A stretch of 64,000 nucleotides of DNA. Source: Lama guanicoe (Eukaryota). The stretch's first letter is position 1, and every line of letters starts with the position of its first letter. The notes under the pieces were generated by a model that did not search any database, was not told the origin of the DNA, and saw only the letters and a list, made by a program, of their open reading frames with translations. The position numbers were made by a program, and so were the translations under genes. Shown here piece by piece: positions 11,631 through 25,364 of this stretch. Where the stretch lies: contig MU053561.1 of the NCBI GenBank assembly GCA_013239625.1, forward strand, positions 2,310,283-2,374,282, in the 5' to 3' direction.

Positions 11631-12845
11631 ATAGGCATCAGGATAAATAGGAGTTGGCAGGTGAAAAAAGGCGGGAGGAGAGGAAGGAGAAAGAGCATGG
11701 CACGTGTCAGGGGAAGCTCCTTTCCCTTGGTCCCATTTTTCCATACTGGCAGGGTGAGTAGGGGGGTGTTCCGCTAGAATTCACCTTTTGGCTCCTTAGA
11801 CCCACTATCTTTCACGCTCAGGAATAAGACTTGATTAGTGAGTACCATTATATTCACTGGCTCATCGTCCTTGACTGTGTGGAACTAACTTATTAAAAAG
11901 CCCCAATCACTGAGGATTCAGTCTCTCATTCCCTTTCTGCCCCAGACCAGTGCAACGATCTTGGGTAAGCATGACATTCCCCTTTGGTGGGCTGTTCTGA
12001 GACTAACTTCTGTGGGGGCTGGGGTCCACTGAGAGTGTTAGAAGTCTTTTTGGATTACAGATCTAGAAACGTGTACTTTATTAGCTTATCTGTAATGGAG
12101 CTGACATTTTTAAAAATCTCCACTTGATTATCCTCTGTGTCTTATTTTACACCAAATCAGTGGTGAGGATGGGCAGGCAATTTATTGATCCTCTCAAGTA
12201 ATTAACTATGGCTAAAACGTAGACTGTAGAGGGCAGAGTGGTTAGAGATAAAGTCAGAGGGGTAAACACAAAGATTTCTGCTCAAGTTGGTGCCATAAGG
12301 TTATACTTTGATCCACAAACTTTACTTCACACAAATAGTAATGATGGTCAAAATATAGAAAGAGAAAGTCAAAAAAACCTAACCAAGCTCAAAAACAAAG
12401 TAACCCTTTTCATTGATCAGAAATAGAATTGAAACAGAAAGGCCTTAGTAAGTCTGAAGCCACAAGCCCACTGAGGCCTGAATTTTGAAAGCCAAGATTT
12501 TTGTCTCCTGCAAGGTGACAGGACCTGAAGAAGATCCAAAAAAGGTGGAGGACAGGAGGCAGGCTTAGTTCTTAAAATAAGGAGCTTGTGAAAGGAGACT
12601 GAAAAGAAACTGCTGCCAACCCACTGCCCAGGGAAGCAGAAGGACAAAGACACAGCCTTGGAATCAGGAACCAAGCTGAGCATCGGGCCGAGTGACTGGC
12701 TCTGCAGTATCCCCAGCATCGCTGTGGGGTGGGAGCATCAAAATGCCAACATTAGACTCCATCCCAGAATGGAAGTTCAGGGAGGCAGGTGGAAGCAAGA
12801 GTCACTAAATGTGGCTGAGTGAGCACAGAGTGGGTGAGAGAAAAA

Positions 12846-12870
12846 ACACACACACACACACACACACACA
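12846..12870. repeat. (AC)n microsatellite
   Basis: About 12 AC units. Confidence 0.95.
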
Positions 12871-13079
12871 ACTAAAATAAGACAGAAAAAAGCAAACAAA
12901 AACTTTCCACTCAAAATGAGCCTGACCACCAATTTCCAAACACATACAATGTCTAATACTGAGAAAGGTGGCCAACAAAATGAACACTCAGAGCATGAAT
13001 TTAATGCAGATAAAATTAACCCTTTGGTACCGTGTGACAAAGATTTTTTTTAATGAATACATTTGCATTCTCAAAGTGA

Positions 13080-14900
13080 TTAACGATGGCATAGCACTCA
13101 TTTTAAAAGAATAAAAAATTGGAGAACAGGTACAAGAGGAATAAAGAACAGGTAAATATAAAAAAGAACTGATAGAAATCTTGAAAATAAAAATATGGTC
13201 ATTGAAATTTTTAAAAAATTAATAGATAGCTGGGGTTAACTCTAGAGCTGGCCAAAATTGAAGAGGAAAACTAATGAGTTAAAGAGGTACCCTAAAGAAT
13301 TCACCCAGAACACAGTATAGAAAAATAAGGAGATTAAAAAACAGGAAAAAAACCTTTAGATTCACAGGGTTCTATTGAGTGGCTTCAGCGTACGTCTCGT
13401 AGGAGTTCCAGAGGAAAAACTAAATTGAAGGGAAGAGTGGATAAGATATACTTTAAAAAAAACAGGAAAGAAATGACTGCAGTTTCTCTAATCAAAACAT
13501 CAGAACACTGCGTATACTGAGCAAGATAACTAAAAATAAATTAACACTTTTTTCACATTATATGAAATTACAGAACAATAAAGATAAAGATAAAATCTCA
13601 AGTTACCAAAGGGAAAACACTGATTATCTACAAAGGGGCTATAACTAGAGTTTTCAAAAGCAACAACGGAAACAGGAAGACAATTGAATGAATATCTTAG
13701 AGGTAGCAAGTGGAACACTGTCAACCAAGAATTTGATTTCCAGATAAACTACCATTTAAGAGACAGAGCAAAACAAAGACATTTTCAACCCTGAAAGACA
13801 AGGGAGTTGTCCACCCACAGACCTACATACACCAAAAGAATTAGTAAAGAATGTATTTCCCCTAACAAGAAAAACAAGCCCAGAGGGAAAGCATAGGATA
13901 TAAAAGATACTAGTGAGGGAAGAAATTAATAAAATATGATGGTTGAATTAAAAATAATGACTTTAGGAGTATGGGGTTAACAGATACAAACTGTTACACA
14001 TAAAATAGATAAACAACAAGGATTTACTGTATAACACAGGGGACTATATTCAATATCTTGTAATAACTATCATGGAAAATAATCTGAAAAAAAAGTATAT
14101 CTGAATCACTGTGCTGTACGCCTGAAATTAGCACAATATTGTAAATCAACTATATTTCAATTAAAAAAAAGCTAGGGTTTAAAAAAATAACAAGAAAGAA
14201 GGAAATGGTAACAATGGATGGTTAAAACATGCTAAGGCCTTTGCCATGTTTGAGAGAAGAGTAGAAATAATAACTTTCTCTGAATTCTTTGTCTATAAAA
14301 TATTTTATATTAATGAAAAGCTGAGCTAGAACTTCTAAACCTGCAGAGAAAAAAGAATAGCAAGGAATGGGGAGGTTTGGTATGGAAAACTGATCATTTA
14401 ATAGAAAGCAGAAAAGAAGAAAAATAGAAGAAACGGCATGTTAAATAAGACACACAAAATAAAGAGAATAGTAGAATTAAATCCTAATATCAAGCACAAT
14501 AACTAAACAGATTTAAATTACTTATTAAACGACAGATTATCAGATTGGTTTAAATATTCAAGTATATAATGCTAGCAAAAAACATACAAAACTGAACCAC
14601 AAAAATACTGGATATAAAGAGATAAAAAAAGATAAATCATCAGAACACTGTCAAATAGAAAGCTGATGAAGCATTATTAATATCAGACAAAAAAAGTCCT
14701 TTAAACCAAATGTACTAATAAAAATAAGGATCAGTACCAAGAAGTTGAATGTACCTAAAACATAGCTTTCAATTACAGAAAGCAAAACCACCGGAATTAC
14801 AAAGAGAGATTGACAAGCCTACTGTCTGAGTGGGAGATTTTAACAATCCATCAGACACAGCTAGATCAAGCAGACGAAAAACCAGAGGTAACAGAGATTG
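13080..14900 (+). mobile_element. Old, highly degenerate L1 (ORF1 to early ORF2 region)
   Basis: A-rich strand bias with L1-like motifs (aggagttccagagg; tcaaccaagaatt...ccagataaactacc; atattaatatcagacaaa; gtgggagattttaaca). No intact ORF. Confidence 0.65.
13966..14170 (+). mobile_element. Younger L1 3' end fragment nested in the older L1
   Basis: cagatacaaactgttacacataaaatagataaacaacaaggatttactgtataacacagggg ... tgtaaatcaactatatttcaattaaaaaaaa is an L1 3' terminus with an A tail. Confidence 0.85.
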
Positions 14901-17326
14901 AATCATGAAGGGCCTCTGTGGAGGTCCCATTAAGGAGTTGGGTTTTATTCTGAGAGTAATAGGAAGCCATTAAAGGGTTTTAAACAGAGTGATGATTAGA
15001 TCAGATAAGCTTTTTTCAGAAGGATCACTCTGGCTCTAAAATGGAGAAGGAGCTTTGGGGTTGTCAGACTACATAAAGGCAAGAAAGCCAGTTAGACAAC
15101 TCTTCCAACCCTGTAGCAAGAGACAGTAATGACCTGAACTATAGCAGTGTCATTGGTGAAGGAAAAGAGCAGGCATTTCAAGGGACATTCAGATAGCATA
15201 GTTGATCAGATGACAGCGGAAGGGATCAAAAACGGCATCCTTATCTGTGCCCTCCAAAACCTGATGCCTAGCAATGAGGGGAAGGAGCAGGGTTTGGCTG
15301 CAGGGGAGACACTGCCCCCTTGTTTCTGATTATACCTCTTAACTCTCAGCCCCTCAATTCTGACACTCAAACTGGTTCACTAAAAAGTTAAATTATACTC
15401 AGTGTACAAGGAGTATGTAAATCAATTTTAAAAGTTGTCTATCAAAAAATATTCTATTTTAAACTATTGGTCCTTGGGGGGCGTTTCAATAATCTGGGGG
15501 GAAATGACACTTTAACAATACCAGAAAAATGTGTGTATTATTCTAAATAATAATTTTCCATCTTATAAACATAGTCCTTTAAGATTATTTATATTTTTAT
15601 TGCAGATTCTCACACTTTTCTACACATAATGTATTTTCAGATACACCTATTTGCCTAACTACTAGTCGTGACTTTCCTTCGTACACAGTTGGTATCAAGA
15701 ACAAGTAAATCCAATCTGTTGACCTGTGAATTCTTACAGAGTTCTAGATTTCATGGCACATAACTCCTTTCCTTTGCCTGGTTGTCATTAATTACCTTAA
15801 ACTAATGTCCGAGTTTACAATGTGTGTTTATCCTTCAGAGAACAATGATTTTGCACTGACTGAAGTTGGGAGAGGCATACAACCAAACTGAGGTTTGGTT
15901 TTTTTCCCCCCACAGGCACTTTATTCAGTAGCTTCAAGCATGAAAAAGGTTTAAAGGACTTACAGATTTCCAATTATGAATTTTAAGGTTTCGTATTTAT
16001 TCTACAGCCATTCCAAAATGCAAACAAGGTTCAAAGTTCCAAACATGCTATGCAATTTCAGGCTAATATTCTAATGCATCCAGTAAAGTCTGAGCCTGTA
16101 ATGTAGAAACAGGGCTGCTCGAACAGCTGAGAAACCCTTTGGAACCTTATAGGAAATCTGCTTGGGAATCTGCAGACTGGAAGTTTCCTGATAGGAATAG
16201 AGCCATAATGAGATGGGTGACTTTAGTATTGCCTCTTAAGTGATGGCAAGGATGTGTTTTGAGAAGATGAAACCTTTTTTTGCGTCTGATTTTTAAAGTT
16301 AACGCTGATTGCATGGCTAATATTGCATTAAATTTCACACATGGAGTCTGCTGTTTATTACGAGCCATTATCATCTAATTTCACTTCAGACCATGCTGCT
16401 TCTTCGATTGCAGCCTTCTGCCTTCAGGGGTGATGCAAGCAAAATAGTGAAGTAGGCTCTCCGCCTTTAGGTCCCGTTGCTTTATCACTCCACCTAAAAC
16501 ATGATTTTGTTTACCACCGTGCTGCATAGACATCTCTGTGTTGATGGAGAAAAGGTAAAATCAGAGATTTCACTGTCAAGATGCTGCAGGGTTCTTCCCT
16601 ATAATGTAAGCTGAAAGAACTGATGCAATACACTTGTGACTTTTTTGTTTAAAGCAGCATGAAAAAAGTTAGACCACACCAATAAAATTCTTTTTATTTG
16701 CAGTTGAGCCAGGTATGTATTAAAGTTCAGGGGGGTGGGTTTTCATCTTTGTTTTTGTGTTGATGGTAATATTTTTTCTATAAATCTTTGTACTTCCTGG
16801 AAGTACATATGCAGGGAAGGAAGGAAGGTATTGGGGCACCAGTAGATATGAATAATGCTCAAGATTTATACACACTGTACAGAAATTACTGCTACCACTG
16901 CAATTACTTCAAGATTTGAAGGTAGAAACAGCAGCCAATGGGGAAAAAAACTAATTGTATCATTTTCACAGTAGCAATGTTAATCATTACATTAATGTAA
17001 TAACAAGGACCCTGAAAAGGTCTTTAGGGTTTTCTCTCATGTTTCAGCAAAACATCCACAGTGTTTCCACAAGACAAGAACTATCTTATTTTTATGAGTT
17101 TGGGGAAAATGAAGACTCTTCCAATGGCTGTCTTGCTATTTCATACAAAGTTGTTCTCTGCATCTAAACTGAACTTCTCTTCTCTCTTAACTCCTCATCA
17201 TCACCAGTGTCAGGCATTCTTCACCTTTCTTTGTTAATCAGAGATTAATTCCTCCCATCTGATTGACCAATGCCAGCTGTTCTCAATTCTAGCTGTATAT
17301 CATAATCAGCCTTGGAAGTTTGGGGG

Positions 17327-17362
17327 TGTTTTGTTTTGTTTTGTTTTGTTTTGTTTTGTTTT
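17327..17362. repeat. (GTTTT)n pentanucleotide repeat, inside a MER5-like hAT remnant
   Basis: About 7 GTTTT units. The flank cagctgttctcaattctagctgtatatcataatca resembles a MER5 terminus. Confidence 0.8.
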
Positions 17363-17864
17363 ACTCTGCAAGGCCCAGCCCCTTCCCTGAGCCACTACAT
17401 GAGAATCTCCTGGAGCAGGACATGGTCATGTAATGAACCCTAAGACGCTTCTCTGGAACAAAAGGCTGCCATGGCGTCACTGAAATCCACCGTGGGCTGA
17501 GGATTTCTGGAGCTCCCTGAGGAGGAGCCAGGGTTCAAGCTTGGGTCAAACAGACACCCACCTGCAGACAGTGACTCCGCTTTTGGGGAGCCAAGGTTCA
17601 GGCTGGATGCCTCTGCTTACTGCTCTACTGAAGGTAACAAACTTTACCAGTGTCTGATTGCTTGGGGAAGGTATAGAGGGAATGAACTGAAAGCACTGGG
17701 GGTGGAGTAGGTGGCAGATTTATCCACGAGATTGCCTGTAAATGGTTTTAATCTATATACTGTCAGAAAATGGACCTATGGCTTATCTTCCACAATTTAC
17801 ATGTATAACATCGTGAGCTTTTGGCAATTTTAGCACACTTGCCACACTTGGAGGGAGGAGAGGG

Positions 17865-18095
17865 TATGGGACTGTGAACAAGAGGACAGATTCTAGGGCC
17901 ATGCTGTCTGGATTTAAATACTGTCTCTGGCACCTCTGCCCATGAGCAAGCATGGGCGTCTTACTTTTAAGCTCCCTGTGCCTCAATTTCTTCATCCAAA
18001 GCATTAGGAATAATTGCTCTTACCTCCTAGGGTTGTTAGGAAGATCCAATGAGTTAGTACCTGAGAGGCTGAAGAACACAGCTGGGCACAAAGTC
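17865..18095 (+). mobile_element. MIR SINE
   Basis: ctccctgtgcctcaatttcttcatcc ... tacctcctagggttgttaggaagatccaatgagttagtac. Confidence 0.75.
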
Positions 18096-19497
18096 TAAGG
18101 ATGTCCAGGATCAACCAGTGGTGTTAGGAGTGATGTCTTGCCCCTCAGAGACATCGGGATCTTGCACTGGGCCCACGCACACGTGCTGTGTCTTGTTTTG
18201 ATCACCTCTTTGGGGGAATTTGATATGTTGTGACCCAGTCAGGGCTGCCCTTCAGCTCACACTGAGTCTGAGAACATAGCAACAATCCGAAGAAACCTTG
18301 AGTTCTGCTCTTTTTTGGAAAATTCTAACCAGAGCAATGAAACAGTCATCTTTCGGGCCTATTATTACTGCTTTGGAAAACATCAGAGAGTCAGACAGCA
18401 GTTTGTCAAACTCAGTCTAACTGTCCCCAAGCAGAGACAGTGGTCCCCTTCCCTGAGAGCCCACAGTCCTCCACCTGCGCCTTTATTTATTGTGTAACAC
18501 TTAACACCTCAGTGAATTTCCTACAGTTCCCCAAAGCGCCTTGTTCATTTCTGCCCCTGGGTCTTAGCAGAGGCTGTTTTTCCTGCATGGAGTGCCTCCC
18601 TCCTCCTCCCCACCCCACCCCACCCCCACCCCACCCTGTGATATGGAATTACAGTTGCCTAATATGGAATTACAGATGCTTATTTATTTGTCTGCCTTCC
18701 ACACGAGGCTGGAAGCTCTGTGAGGACCAGGATTGGGTCTGGCTGTCTCACCATGGTGTCCTCAGCACCTAGCACAGTGAACAACACATAGCGGGGACCC
18801 CAAAAGATCTAACTAATAGATAGTTGGATCTATTGATCAATTAAGACTCTGCCACTTGCCGCTGGGAAACTTGGAGCAGGCTACTTGACATCTCTGATCC
18901 TTAGTAAAGTCGAGCTACAATTACTTCCTCGATGGTTCTTGCAATGACTGAAGGATGGAGAATGAGGACAGCAGCTGGCACAGTGCCCAGAACAAAATTT
19001 ATGTTAATAGTTAACGCACGTTTAGAAAAGCAGTGTAGCCAAGTGCAGCCAAGCCTTTCATTTTCCTAATTTTGTCTTTTTCCTTATAAAAATGGATGTT
19101 ACAACCATAGTACATAGATTACACAGATGGTGTAATCGTCACTATCAAAACCCCAGCAAACAGGGGAGACAGGATGAAAGGTCAGAGGTCCCTGCTTGCA
19201 ATTCTCTCAGACACTTATTAATAGAGGCTTATTAATATTCATTAGGCAACTTGTAGAGACCAGGTAGAGCATAAAGGGAAAATGGCCAACTGAGAGCTCA
19301 GCCTACTTTCATACCAGCTCCTCTGCACAGAAATTAATCCGACACAAAATCAACATTTGCAGAACTGCAGCAAAAGATATCATTTAAAGCCCAGCTAAAT
19401 ATGCCACTCTTCCCTATTCGAGAACCTGGGGTCAGGGACAAGAGAACTGTCAGTCACACATCGGATGCCATTTGAAAAATCTGTCTATTTTGCTTTT

Positions 19498-19621
19498 TTT
19501 TTTTAAAAAAGTAATGTATCATTATTCCATTTTCCCTCCGTTTCACTGAGATACAATGGACATCGTCACTGTATAAGTTTAAGGTGTACAGTATAATGGT
19601 TTGATATACATATGTCATGAA
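19498..19621 (-). mobile_element. Short 5'-truncated L1 3' tip with target-site duplication
   Basis: Poly-T followed by actgagatacaatggaca...tttaaggtgtacagtataatggtttgatataca. Flanked by TCTATTTTGCTTTT (19484-19497) and TCTGTTTTGCTTTT (19622-19635). Confidence 0.7.
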
Positions 19622-22600
19622 TCTGTTTTGCTTTTGATAATATCTAACATTTATTGAGTGCTTGCTACAATCTGTACATGTTATCTCATAACTGTCAGAA
19701 CATGTTTTCATATTAGTGATAAGGAAATTCAAGGCTGCTGTTGAGGCGGTAGAGGTTTGGAAATGGGCTCAAGATCAGTTGGTTAGTAAGAACCAGACAG
19801 TCCAACCCCACAGCCTGGACTCACACCCACTGCTCTGAGCTGCCTTGTCTGACTTCAGCCTTCCCCCTTGGCCAGGCAGGTCTGGCCTCCATCCTGACTT
19901 CCTACCTCATTCCAGTGTCTGGTTTCCTGAGGCTGAGTTCTTCTGGTCCCTGACCTTAGCAGTATCTCTCTCAGCCTGATGAATCTGGGTGACATTTACT
20001 GCCAGTATCTGAACTGGAGGGAGCCTGGCCCTTGCCCTTCCCACGGTGGAGAGAATGCTGTGATTTCATGGCAGGATTCCACTGGGGTAACTCCTCTCTC
20101 TGCTTACTTATTTAGGCATGCAGACCTAAGCACGCTCCCCCACTGAGGGACTCGGCCACTCAGGCAGATGAAAGGGTCTATTAACCAACAGCATGAGCTC
20201 TGGGGGAGAAAGAGAGCCAGGAATAAGACAGGTCATTAGGGACATCTATTCACTATGTCGGGACTACAAGAGGTGGGTTGGAGAAGCTGCCGCTTCCATT
20301 CTGGCTGTGCATGCTGTCCTCACTTTGACGTCCAGCCCCTCCTGATCTCCATCCCTAAGAGGAACAGTTCTCTGGGCTTCATGTTGCAGATGAAGGATAC
20401 ACTATTTTGCAGAAAATTCTAATAATCTTAATTAAGAGATCTCAAAACATCATAACAACCACATTCCCTCATATCTCATCATGCTTAAAAGATACTGCTA
20501 TCTGTAGTGACCACATAATTTGTGGCTTATGCACACTTAAATGCTATTTTCAGAAATAAGAATGATGAACCTTGTTCTCCAAGTGTCCACCAGTGACATA
20601 ATGAAGAATGACCATTTAGTATTTTCAAGAATACTCTCTAAGCCACATTTTTGTACTGATTCTGCATGTGGAATGTTTATTTGCTGAGAAAAAAACCTCA
20701 CTTCATTCCAATCTTACATTGCCTGGGTTCTAGTTCCTCGAATGAGCAGGAGGAAACTGAATAAAATATCACTGCGTTTCCCATTTTCATTTTTCTGCAT
20801 TAGGTTAGCAGTGACGAGAACCTGCTTTTCAAAGCAATTGCATCTGTGGCAACTGGCCAGAGTCTGAGACTGTCAGTCCCCAGCTGGCCTCGAGGTAGTC
20901 ACCGAAGCGGGGAGCTGTGTCCAAGACCTTTTTCTGATTTAGCTGTTATTCCAGGGAGAAAACCCACACAAGAAAAGATCATAGCAAAGGCACTGACAAC
21001 AGATTTTTTTGAGGGAAGAGGATAGTGGGTGTGGGAATAGAGATGCAGAGATTGAAGGTTTTATACAGAATTTCACAGCAGCAAAGCGAGCTGAAAGATA
21101 GATTGATATTGCTATTTACGAAATCCAGGATCTAATAGAAGAGTGCCCCTCACCCTCTCCTCCACACATACCCACCTCCCTCCAACTATTTCTGTCCAAG
21201 TCTTTGCTTTCATTTGGGAAGAATATTTTCTTACGGCAGGTATATAAATACAATTATGAAACACCGCCTGATTCTCTAACCCACAGTGAGGCTACCTTCA
21301 TGCTCAAACAAAAGAAAACGGAGCTGTGGTTTTTCTTTCCCCTGCAGGTATATTAAAATTAGTTGCTGAATTTACTGTTCTCTGAATTGTTTAATGGCAG
21401 TGTTTTTTGGAGTCTTCACAAAAATAAACCTCATTTAGGCAGGCTGTAAGCTTCTAATTGAAGTAAATCTTCACTTGCCTATAGTGATTAAAGATAAGTG
21501 AGTCCGTAAGTTTGATTTAACCCTATTTGAAATTCTTCTCTGTCCACAAAGTATATATAAATCTTTATGGGATGACCTATTAACTGCCTGCTGCTGGGAC
21601 CAAGCTTTGGGCTTTGTTTCAGTTATAAAATAAGGTCATTCTGCTTTTGCTAAAAACTGAGGTAGCTGCTTTGGTAATTAAAATCTACAGGGTCCTGAAG
21701 AGTTGATATATTTAAACCTCTAAAAAAAATAATGTGGACGCTATAAAATTACAAAAGGAGAAGAGATAAGGGTTCCCTATTACTGCTTGTCAAATTATAT
21801 GTTAGTAATAGAGTATTTATGTCATTCTTTAAAAAAAGAATTTCAGGAAGTTGTTTTGAAATCTTTAAATCCAAGCCCTTGTCTGGCAGACCTGCTCCAC
21901 TGCCGCAGGGCACCTCGAGCAAGGGCTCCGTTTCAGGGGGTATCATTTAAACGTCTTCAGCTTTGTGTGAAGCATCCTACTAAATAAAGCCACTGACGCT
22001 GCCGATCAAGGAGCTGGACTCAGAGGGAATCCATCTGGCCCTTAACACAGTTGTGTTTGTTTTGTTTTGTTTTTTAACACGATGCCATTCTTTTATTTCC
22101 AGAAGCCAGAACAATCTCTTGCTTATAATAGGTGCTCATTAAATGTTGACTGAATGGATGCCTATCTGTTATGAATTGCATTTGACTGCTACTAACACAG
22201 CTAGAACGTCATTAAGAAAGAAGTTTATTTCCCTCACACACAAAAGATGTATAGAAGTAGACAGTCCAGGGCAAATATGGTGAAACTGTAACATGGGGTT
22301 TTTACCCATAAATAGATTTATTCCTTGTAAGCTTGTAGGCCCCAACCTACCCTAGAAGTCCTTTCCTCACTTTTTTTCTGCTGTAATTCAGATCAGGTGC
22401 TTTTGGCTCAATTGTGAGAACACCATCTGGAGAGGTGGTACCTAGAAATGAAATCAAATGCCTTACTCCTCGTGTGGTTCCAGTGGTCTTATGGACCAGA
22501 ATTTTTTTTTAAGTTACTTGAGTCAAAAAACTTTTAGTCTAAATCTTTGAGATTTTTATAAAAAAGTTACCCAAATCCCACCTTGGTGATACTTAGCTTT

Positions 22601-22784
22601 GCTAAGCCTCATTTTAATCATTCACAAAACAAGTAAACTGTAATTTATTTATGAATCACAAGATTGTTATAAGCATTTTTTTAAAAAAAAATAGTGCCTA
22701 TAGAGAGAGTGCTGAGCATAATGCTGGCAACTGGTAAGGGCTTCTGAAATGTTAGGTCTGATAAGGAAAGTTGGGCAAGTAGTT

Positions 22785-22880
22785 TTAGGTCCATTTTACA
22801 GATGGGGAAACTGAGGCTCAGAGAATTTAAGTGGTGATGTATTTAGCATACAAAGTAAACAGTGAGGCCAGGATTCCAAA
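22785..22880 (-). mobile_element. MIR core
   Basis: ccattttacagatggggaaactgaggctcagaga. Confidence 0.8.
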
Positions 22881-23218
22881 TTAGATGGCACTAGCGACAC
22901 AGTACCATCACTTCTAAGTGACATGGGCTACAATTTGCTTCTTGTAATTGGTTGTTCTACAAATCCTCAAGTGGCTGATTAGTCCAGTCTTGCCTCCAAA
23001 TGGGAGGAAGGTCTGCACCCTGGCACTCCCTGTTGCAATGCTTGCCTGGCTCTCCCCTAGACCTACTCAGCCACCTCTGCCCCCAGAAGACAGCCTTGCT
23101 CCCCAGATCAAGCAGAGCAGTACTCTTTCCATCCTGTCCTGCCAACTGCTCACACTTGAGTTACTGTGGGGTGCCCCAGAAATGTTGAGATTTACTTCAA
23201 TTAGAGGCTACATCCCAG

Positions 23219-23375
23219 CCCTCCCTCTCTTTCCCCATCTCTTCTTCTTCCCCTTTCCTTTGTTTCTTGAACCCCTTTACCTCTCTCTTCCTCCTCTCCT
23301 TCCTACCTCTCTCCCTTCTCCCTGTTTTCCTCCCTCTCACCTCCTTTCTCAGTCCACCCTCTTCCCCTCCTCCAC
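23219..23375. repeat. CT-rich low-complexity polypyrimidine tract
   Basis: About 150 nt almost entirely C/T on the plus strand. Confidence 0.85.
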
Positions 23376-25364
23376 CGTCACCAACATCCCGTATCCTCAC
23401 TACCACATTCCCTCCTATAAGGTCTAAGAGTCTTGAAAGCAGATAAATCTGGGTTTGAATCCTGTCTCTCACACTAGTGGCGTGACTTGGGGCAAGTTAA
23501 TTAACCTCTTTCTGTCTACATTTCCTCCTTTCTAGAATGGGACAGGTGATGATAATAAATACCAGTAATAATGGAACTGAGAGTAAAAATGACAGCACAT
23601 TATAAGTATCAGTCCACGTCAGTACCTTTCTCTCCTTGCGCATTCCTCAACACCTACCTCCCTCCGTGCCCATCATTCACTCTCACGATTGTAGTTTGTC
23701 ATCCCACGCGATTCTGCCACCGGGAGAAGGCACTGCAGTGCACCTGCAACTGCATTCTGTTTGGTTGACATGGTAGTAATGTTTCTCACAATAAACAAGC
23801 CAGCCTTCTGGTGTAGACTTTGGCCCCATATGGGTTTGGTCTGGGTGCTTCAGTTGACTTTCAGATCAAATTTCTGGGACATTGACAAGCAAGGAAAGAT
23901 CTTGCAACCTGGCGACCCAGTGGAGTGAGGCCACCTGTGAGGTCTCTGAGGAGACAGACTCTCCTCCCCTGGCAATGCACCAGTTTCAACCCATATTGGA
24001 AGTCAGCCTCATTTACTGGCTCTGTGGGCTTAAGTCACTTAACCTTGTTGGACCAGTTAACTCCTCTGTACAGTCTACCTGCCTCTCAGGGTCACGGTGA
24101 AGATTAGTGGGGGTAACCTACATATGGAGAGTACTCTATAGACTGCAATGCACTATATAATTGAAAATTATTATTTTTTAAAAAAATTACATTAAAATCT
24201 GGGAAGTCATCATTCTGCTTCATTCTGTCAATGTGAGGACAAACCAAAATTGGAAGGAACTTGGAAACCTTAGAAAATCACATTTGGAATGGTACTTGAG
24301 AAACACCATGTTGAAGCTTAAAAAAATACATATATTTACATCTTTTTATATTATGTATATATTAAGTATATTATTACATATTTATGGTTATTATGTTGAG
24401 TCACTGTTACAACCCAGATGGTAGAATGTTTAAAGCAATGAAATACAGTTTTATGTTAGCATATGTGTAGCTTCTGATGTAATCCAAACATATCTTTTAC
24501 CTTGAGCTTCTTTGGTCTTCTATTTATCTACCTTGCCCCAATCATTAGAAATTATTTTCTGGGGCATAAATGTCAACTATAGGAGCCCCAAGTGACCCAT
24601 CTTTGCTTTGCTGTAAACTAGATTATACAGCAGAATAGCTAAAGGTACTGAATACCAATGCTTTGAGTTTGGAATTTTATCACTCTCTCTGGCCGTTGAA
24701 CCTACCAGTTATAAATTACATTTTATTACCTCCTAGAAAAACAAATTAAGTGATGGGCAATTCACATTCCACATGCAAAATAGCTATCCGAGAAGTAAAA
24801 CTCAGCAGGACAAATTCCCATTTTTTTCCCCTGGAGGGAGAGAGTTGGGGTGGAAGAGGGTTGAAGACTGTGTTTTAAAGGAGCTGAGGTACCTGACCCG
24901 CCCCTCGGTCCTGTTACTTGAGCCAGCTAGTTCTGACCTGTGAAGATCCAACAGCGGGCAGTCATTGGTATCTGTTGGCCGTCACTCCCACACCTCCTCC
25001 CTGGCCCCTCAAGAGGAGAGGGCAATGAATGACAGCTGATAAGGCTTCCAGAGTTAGCCCACATGCTTATTTGGATAATTTCTGCTTGTGCTTATCTTGG
25101 TTGGAGGTGATGTCACTTACACTTTCTATCTTTAAATAGCTTTGCTTTTTCTTTTTGTTTGTTGTCTTTGTTTACATTCAAATGCAGCTTCTTTTATGGT
25201 TTGCCTTATGTTTGTTCATTTTTTTCCTGCTTTTCTTCTGTTTCACATTTTTCCTAATCTGCTTTCTAGATTTTTAAAAATATATATCTTATTTCTCTGA
25301 CTCCCCATCTTATTTCTACTGCATTCAGGGTGGATGAGGTTTACATCATTTTGGGAGGGTCAAG

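Noticed and set aside
22948..23472. 159-aa and 91-aa ORFs
   Set aside because: They are produced by the CT-rich low-complexity tract.
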